The notes below the pieces were generated by a model that was not told the origin of the DNA, ran no database searches, and saw only the letters and a program-made list of their open reading frames with translations. 64,000 nucleotides of DNA, from positions 272,616-336,615 of the forward strand of contig CAVZJB010000009.1 of the NCBI GenBank assembly GCA_963775425.1, in the 5' to 3' direction. Shown here piece after piece: positions 59,722 to 64,000 of this stretch; positions within the stretch are counted from its first letter, which is position 1, and every line of letters starts with the position of its first letter. The stretch comes from an uncultured delta proteobacterium (GTDB lineage Bacteria; Myxococcota; UBA727; VGSZ01). The translations under genes were made by a program, and so were the position numbers.

Positions 59722-59989
59722 CATACGCGCGCTGCGCGGCCTGCGCCGACGACGCGCGGCCGAGCTGCTCCCGCAGCGTCCGCTCCGCCGCGCCGGCGGC
59801 GACGGTGCACGCGTGGACGAGCCGGAGCAGCACCGTCCGGTCCTCGAGCGTGAGGCGGCAGAGGCCGGCCTGCGCGCACGCGGTGGTCGCGGCCTCGAGC
59901 GCTTCGCCCGCACCGACGACGTCGCCCTCGGCGAGCTTCTGCTGTGCGTGCGCGAGCCGATCGCGCAGGTGCTCCTCGACGCGCGTCAT
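59693..59989 (-). CDS. Small hypothetical protein translationally coupled to fliS (FliT-like position)
   Basis: ATGA overlap with the fliS stop. 98 aa, helical and Ala/Leu/Glu-rich (MTRVEEHLRDRLAHAQQKLAEGD...). Its 3' end overlaps the convergent gene by 29 nt. The function is inferred from position only. Confidence 0.4.
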   Translation of the reverse strand: MTRVEEHLRDRLAHAQQKLAEGDVVGAGEALEAATTACAQAGLCRLTLEDRTVLLRLVHACTVAAGAAERTLREQLGRASSAQAAQRAYVSAPRAPRG

Positions 59990-60363
59990 GGTTGCGGTCG
60001 CCCGGCGCGCGCGACCGCCTCTTCGAACGCCTCGGCGATCGGGTTGAAGGTGCGACGCGCGTCGTCGAGGGCGGCGCGGTCGCCGCGCAACGAGACGTAG
60101 AGCCGGGTGAGAACGAAGCCGTAGACGTCGTCGAGCATGGTGCACAGCTCGGGGGCCTTCGACGGATCGAGCGTGGACCGGAGCTCGTGCACGATGTCGA
60201 TGGCCTTGCGCACCGGCGTCGCCGCCTGCGCGGCGCGACCGAGGGCGAGCTCGCCGTCGGCGAGGAACATCTGCTTGCGCGCACCCGCGAGCAAGAGGAG
60301 CAGCACGCGCTCCTTCGACGCAGTGGCCGTCTGAGTTTCTTGATAGCGCGCCGACGGCAACAT
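59986..60363 (-). CDS. fliS: Flagellar export chaperone FliS
   Basis: ARYQETQTATASKERVLLLLLAGARKQM...VRKAIDIVHELRSTLDP...LDDVYGFVLTRLY matches the FliS four-helix pattern. ATG 60363 lies 6 nt after GGAGG and overlaps the fliD stop. Confidence 0.8.
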   Translation of the reverse strand: MLPSARYQETQTATASKERVLLLLLAGARKQMFLADGELALGRAAQAATPVRKAIDIVHELRSTLDPSKAPELCTMLDDVYGFVLTRLYVSLRGDRAALDDARRTFNPIAEAFEEAVARAGRPQP

Positions 60364-61700
60364 CACCCACCTCCGTTGTTCTTGCTCGCGGTCTCCTGGC
60401 TGGTGAGGAAGTTGCCGATGGCCTTCAGGCCGCTCAGCACCTTCTCCATCGCCGCGAACTGCGCGACGAGTCGCGCGCGGTACTGATCCGCGCGGTCCTG
60501 CAGTTGCGTGATCTGATCGCCGACGCGCTTCTTCTTGTCCGCGAGGCCCTGGCTGCGCACCGTGAGCGCGCCGTTGACCGAGTCGGTGAACGCGTTGACG
60601 AGGTCGTCGGCGGCGGGCTTGAGCCCGGCGAGGATGCGATCGGCGGCGCCGGGATCCGACGCGACCGCCTTGTCGAACGCCGCGTCGTCGATGGTGACCT
60701 TGCCGTCGCGGTCGCTCTTGAGCCCCAGGTCCGCGAGCGTACGCATCCCGGTCGAGCCCACCGCCGTCGTCAACAGCGCCTGCATGCGCGCCTGCACCAG
60801 GCGCATGGTGGGGTCGCCGCCGAGGGTCTTCGTGCGGTCCGTGTTGGCGTGGATGTCGAGCTCACCCTGCACCGCGCCGACGATGGTGTTGTAGGCGTCG
60901 ACGAGCTTCTGCAGCGAGGCTTTGGTCTGGTCGCCGTCGTCGGCGATGACGATGTCCTCGGGACCGGTGCTGACCTGTTTGAGCGAAAGCGTGGCGCCGG
61001 GGAGGGCGTCGTCGATCTCGTTGGTGCGGCGCTCGAAGGCGAGGCCGTCGAGGGTGAGCTTGGCGTTTTGCGCCGTCACCACCGTCGAGAAGCCGAGCGC
61101 GTCGGCGGTGGTCCCCGAGAGCGTGAGGGCGCTGTCGGGCGTGGAGCCGACCTCGAAGCCCGACGTCGTGCGCGCCACGCTCAGGTAGTCGCTGGTGCCG
61201 TCGTTGAGGACGTTGGCGGTGACGGGCGCGCCGCTCGCGCGGATGGCGGAGGCGAGGTCACCGAGGCTCATGCCGTCGGTCACGTCGATGTCGTAGCCGG
61301 TGCCGTCGGCGTCGATGTGCAGCGTGCCTGCCGACAGGAGGGCCGACGTGCTCTGCGCCGCGCTCCGGCTCTTGGCCGCTTGCGCGAGCTGCGAGACCTC
61401 GAGGGTGGTGCGGCCGGCGCTCGCGCCGGGGGACGCGGTGACGTCGGCGGCGGCGGGCGCCTGCGCGACGCGCGCGCCGTGCGCGCCGGTGTCGACGAGA
61501 CCGTGGAGCGCGGTCTGGAAGGCGAGGAGGTTCGAGCGGAGCGACCCGATCGACGAGATCTGCACGTCGATGGCGGTCTGGCTCTGCTGGAGGGTGGCGA
61601 TCGGCTTGCTTTGCAGAGAGACGAGCTGATCCACGATGGACGCGGTGTCGATCCCGGACGCGAGGCCGCTCGCTTGGAATGACGGAATCGTCGTGGACAT
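60363..61700 (-). CDS. fliD: Flagellar filament cap protein FliD (HAP2)
   Basis: Start MSTTIPSFQASGLASGIDTASIVDQLVSLQSKPIATLQ. The C-terminus reads ...RLVAQFAAMEKVLSGLKAIGNFL. Confidence 0.85.
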   Translation of the reverse strand: MSTTIPSFQASGLASGIDTASIVDQLVSLQSKPIATLQQSQTAIDVQISSIGSLRSNLLAFQTALHGLVDTGAHGARVAQAPAAADVTASPGASAGRTTLEVSQLAQAAKSRSAAQSTSALLSAGTLHIDADGTGYDIDVTDGMSLGDLASAIRASGAPVTANVLNDGTSDYLSVARTTSGFEVGSTPDSALTLSGTTADALGFSTVVTAQNAKLTLDGLAFERRTNEIDDALPGATLSLKQVSTGPEDIVIADDGDQTKASLQKLVDAYNTIVGAVQGELDIHANTDRTKTLGGDPTMRLVQARMQALLTTAVGSTGMRTLADLGLKSDRDGKVTIDDAAFDKAVASDPGAADRILAGLKPAADDLVNAFTDSVNGALTVRSQGLADKKKRVGDQITQLQDRADQYRARLVAQFAAMEKVLSGLKAIGNFLTSQETASKNNGGG

Positions 61701-61729
61701 GGCGCTCTCCAAGAGGGGTGAACGAGGAC

Positions 61730-61770
61730 GAAGCCGCCGCACGGATCACCCGGGTCCGTGCGGCGGCTTC
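61730..61770 (-). terminator. Strong hairpin between fliC and fliD (terminator/attenuator candidate)
   Basis: Perfect 15-bp stem: gaagccgccgcacgg (61730-44) pairs with ccgtgcggcggcttc (61756-70), with an 11-nt loop. It starts 9 nt after the fliC stop. No clear U-tract. Confidence 0.55.
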
Positions 61771-61778
61771 AGGAGCGC

Positions 61779-62645
61779 TCAGCCGAGGAGCTTGAGGGCG
61801 AGCTGGGGCGCCTGGTTCGCCTGGGCGAGCACCGAGACGCCGGCCTGCACGAGGATCTGCGCGCGGCTCATCTCCGCCGTCTCCGAGGCGACGTCGACGT
61901 CGCGGATGCGGCTGTTGGCGGCGGACACCGACTCGGACGCGCTGGCGATGGTCGACAGCGCGCTCGTGAGGTGGTTGGCGGAGGCGCCGAGGTCGGCGCG
62001 GAAGCCGGAGACCTCGTTGATGGCCTGGTCGATGACCGCGAGCGCGGACTGCGACTGCGTCGCGCTGGTGGCGAGGTCGGCCGCGCCGCCCGTCTTCAGG
62101 GTCGCGATCGCCGAGCCGCCGCCGCCGGTGCCGAGGGCCGCCGTGGTGACCGCCATGCCGGTGGTGTCCACCTTGATGACGTCGTTGGCGGTGCCGCGGA
62201 TGCCGACCTGGAACTGGAACGCCGCCGCGGCGCCGTAGACCTTCACGCCGTTGAACTCGGTGGTGGCGCCGATGCGGTCCACCTCGGCGAGCAGCGAGTC
62301 CGCCTCGCTCTGGATGTAGCCCCGCTCGGTGGTGCCGATGCCGTCCGAGGCCGACTGCATGGCGAGCTCGCGGACGCGGGTGAGGATGTTGGTCACCTCG
62401 TTGAGCCCTGCCTCGGCGGTCTGCGTGACCGAGATGCCGTCGTTGGCGTTGCGCGAAGCCTGGTCATAGCTCTTGAGCTGCGCGGTCATGTTCGCGCTCA
62501 CGCCGAGGCCGGCTGCGTCGTCGGACGCCTTGGTGATGCGGTAGCCGGAGGAGAGCTTGGCGAGCGAGGAATCGAGCGAGCTCTGATTCATCATCAAGCT
62601 GTGCTGCGCGGCGAGGGACGAGAGGTTGCTGCGGATGGACATCAT
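61779..62645 (-). CDS. fliC: Flagellin (short, D0/D1-only type)
   Basis: N-terminus: MSIRSNLSSLAAQHSLMMNQSSLDSSLAKLSSGYRITKASDDAAGL. C-terminus: VASETAEMSRAQILVQAGVSVLAQANQAPQLALKLLG. GAAGGAG ribosome-binding site. Confidence 0.9.
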   Translation of the reverse strand: MMSIRSNLSSLAAQHSLMMNQSSLDSSLAKLSSGYRITKASDDAAGLGVSANMTAQLKSYDQASRNANDGISVTQTAEAGLNEVTNILTRVRELAMQSASDGIGTTERGYIQSEADSLLAEVDRIGATTEFNGVKVYGAAAAFQFQVGIRGTANDVIKVDTTGMAVTTAALGTGGGGSAIATLKTGGAADLATSATQSQSALAVIDQAINEVSGFRADLGASANHLTSALSTIASASESVSAANSRIRDVDVASETAEMSRAQILVQAGVSVLAQANQAPQLALKLLG

Positions 62646-62781
62646 GGCGGGGCTCCTTCTTTCTGCTGAGCATTTCGTTCGTGTGTGCTCACGGAGAGGT
62701 TCGTCACGGCGCGGGCCCTGATTAAGATCTGCGTCGCCGGATCAACCCGCGCGGACGAATTCGCCGCACAAAAGAGCGCAA

Positions 62782-62801
62782 GGACGGAGCGAGCCCCGTC
62801 C
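62782..62801 (-). terminator. Weak rho-independent terminator candidate after flgL
   Basis: The minus strand reads GGACGGggctcgctCCGTCC followed by ttgcgctcttttgtg (6-bp stem, T-rich tail). Confidence 0.35.
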
Positions 62802-62828
62802 TCATCACCGCGGCGCGGACCCGCGGGG

Positions 62829-63708
62829 TCACAGCTTGTCGAGGATGGTGAGCTGGAAGCTCTTGGCGCTCACGGTCAGCGCGGCGTCGAGCGAGCGCTC
62901 GGCGAACGCGAGAATCCGTCGCCGCCTTCGCGATGTCGGCGTCGGTCAGGCCGGCGCGCCTGCCGTCGGCCGCGTCCGCCACGTCGCCCGCGGCGGTCTG
63001 CGCGGCGTCCAGGCCGAGCTCGATGCCGCCGGCGTCGGCGCGGCCGGCGCCGACCTGCGCGATGCCCGAGCGCAGCGTGTCGATGCTCGCGCGCAGCCCC
63101 GTGGTGTCGTTGGTGGACAGCGCGGTGGCCAGGTCGCCGAGGGCCTGGAGGACGTCGACGCCGCCGCCGGCGCCCTTGATGACGACGTCGGCGCGCACGG
63201 ACACGCCCTGCACCACGCCGGGCGCGACCTCGATCTGCCGGACGCCGGCGTCGCCGGTGTAGCTGCCGTCGGCCTGGAACGGGGCCGCGTTGTCGACGGT
63301 GCCGCCCATGACGAAGCGGCCGCCGACGTCGATGTTCAACGCGCTCACGGCTTCGGCCAGCATCTGCGTCGCCTGGCTCGCGGCGCTCGCGCGATCCGCG
63401 CTGTTGTAGGTGCCGTTCGACATCTGGATCGCGAGCTGCTGCGCGCGCGAGAGCGTGTTGATCACCGACGACAGCGCGCCGTCGGCGGCGTTGACGTCGT
63501 CAAGCGCCCGTGACGTCGTGGTCGAGATGCCCGAAGCGCGCACCGCGGCGAAGCGCTCGCGCGCGATCTGCCCCGCGGAGTCCGTCTCCCAGGGGTGCCG
63601 CACGGAGACGCCGGTGGAGGCGCGGTCGGTGGCCTTCTCGTAGCGCTCGCGCGCGGTCTGCGTCGCGGCGTTCGCGTTGGCGAAGATGGAGCTATCAGTG
63701 ACGCGCAC
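62829..63708 (-). pseudogene. flgL: Flagellar hook-associated protein 3 (FlgL), C-terminus displaced by a +1 frameshift (or a sequence error)
   Basis: GTG start (VRVTDSSIF...). After ...GLTDADIAKAATD the frame breaks at 62911-62916. The shifted frame gives LAFAERSLDAALTVSAKSFQLTILDKL and stops at 62829 (conserved flagellin-like C-terminus). The track ORF end at 62722 is a read-through. Confidence 0.8.
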
Positions 63709-63711
63709 GGG

Positions 63712-64000
63712 CTACCTCAACTCCAGGAGGCCTTTGAGCATGTCGTCCGCCGTGGACAACACCTTGCCCACGGCGTCGAACACGCGCTGCGCCTTCGTCA
63801 TCTCGATCATCTCTTCGTCGATGGAGACACCCGACGCCGACTCGCGCAGGGACAACAGTTGATCGCGCGCGGCCGCCGACGCGTCGCGCTCGCTGAGCGC
63901 GCTCCTGGCGACGGCGCCGAAGTCGTCGATGGCGGAGGCGACCGTGCTCACGGTGGCGTCCTCGCCGGCGAGGAGCGCGAGCGCCTGGCTGCCGTCGCCT
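63712..64000 (-). CDS. flgK: Flagellar hook-associated protein 1 (FlgK), C-terminal part; the 5' end lies outside the window
   Basis: ...SLRESASGVSIDEEMIEMTKAQRVFDAVGKVLSTADDMLKGLLELR is the conserved FlgK C-terminus. The frame is open to the window edge. Confidence 0.8.
   Translation of the reverse strand, partial: GDGSQALALLAGEDATVSTVASAIDDFGAVARSALSERDASAAARDQLLSLRESASGVSIDEEMIEMTKAQRVFDAVGKVLSTADDMLKGLLELR

Noticed and set aside
62646-62781. Sigma-28 (FliA) promoter upstream of fliC
   Set aside because: The best candidates (TTAATC ... GACGAACC) match only about half of the TAAA-N15-GCCGATAA consensus. This is not supportable by eye.

Overview
This is a very GC-rich bacterial chromosomal window, about 70% by eye (not computed). 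Several hallmarks point to a myxobacterium-like organism: Myxococcus-type cysteine-rich repeats, thrombospondin-type-3/(Gly-Glu)n lipoproteins, strong GGAGG ribosome-binding sites, and many ATGA/GTGA start-stop overlaps. Most long ORFs in the six-frame track are Arg/Ala/Pro-rich artefacts in the wrong frame or on the antisense strand. I support about 50 genes.

Genes in order along the window:
- GT39-like glycosyltransferase tail
- Methionine-salvage pair mtnB-mtnD
- A lipoprotein made of three tandem repeats of about 260 aa
- A calpain-like cysteine protease
- An acyl-CoA ligase
- An IS relic
- A cytochrome-c-peroxidase / Tat-metallophosphoesterase / cytochrome c operon
- A beta-helix lipoprotein
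- GIY-YIG plus sbcCD
- Two orphan cytosolic proteins downstream of a VWA lipoprotein operon
- A complete urate-to-ureidoglycolate cluster: Sco1, PuuD fused to a cupredoxin, allantoinase, allantoicase fused to OHCU decarboxylase, and HIU hydrolase
- A convergent secondary-metabolite locus: CitE-like lyase, BtaA-like SAM enzyme, heme-oxygenase-like diiron enzyme, GNAT-like protein and AsnB-like amidotransferase, facing a formyltransferase-A-PCP-TE NRPS, an ABC exporter and a 2-hydroxyacid dehydrogenase
- A beta-propeller/di-haem peroxidase, a GT2 and a fibrinogen-domain protein
- A late flagellar block (flgK-flgL-fliC-fliD-fliS)

The most unusual sequence-level signal is that four unrelated conserved genes (acyl-CoA ligase, GIY-YIG, sbcC, flgL) are each broken by one extra base inside the same hexamer, AGAATC. 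That hexamer is a GATC site with an inserted A. A cysteine-rich-repeat gene additionally carries run-length contractions.

I saw no rRNA, tRNA, CRISPR array or intact mobile element.
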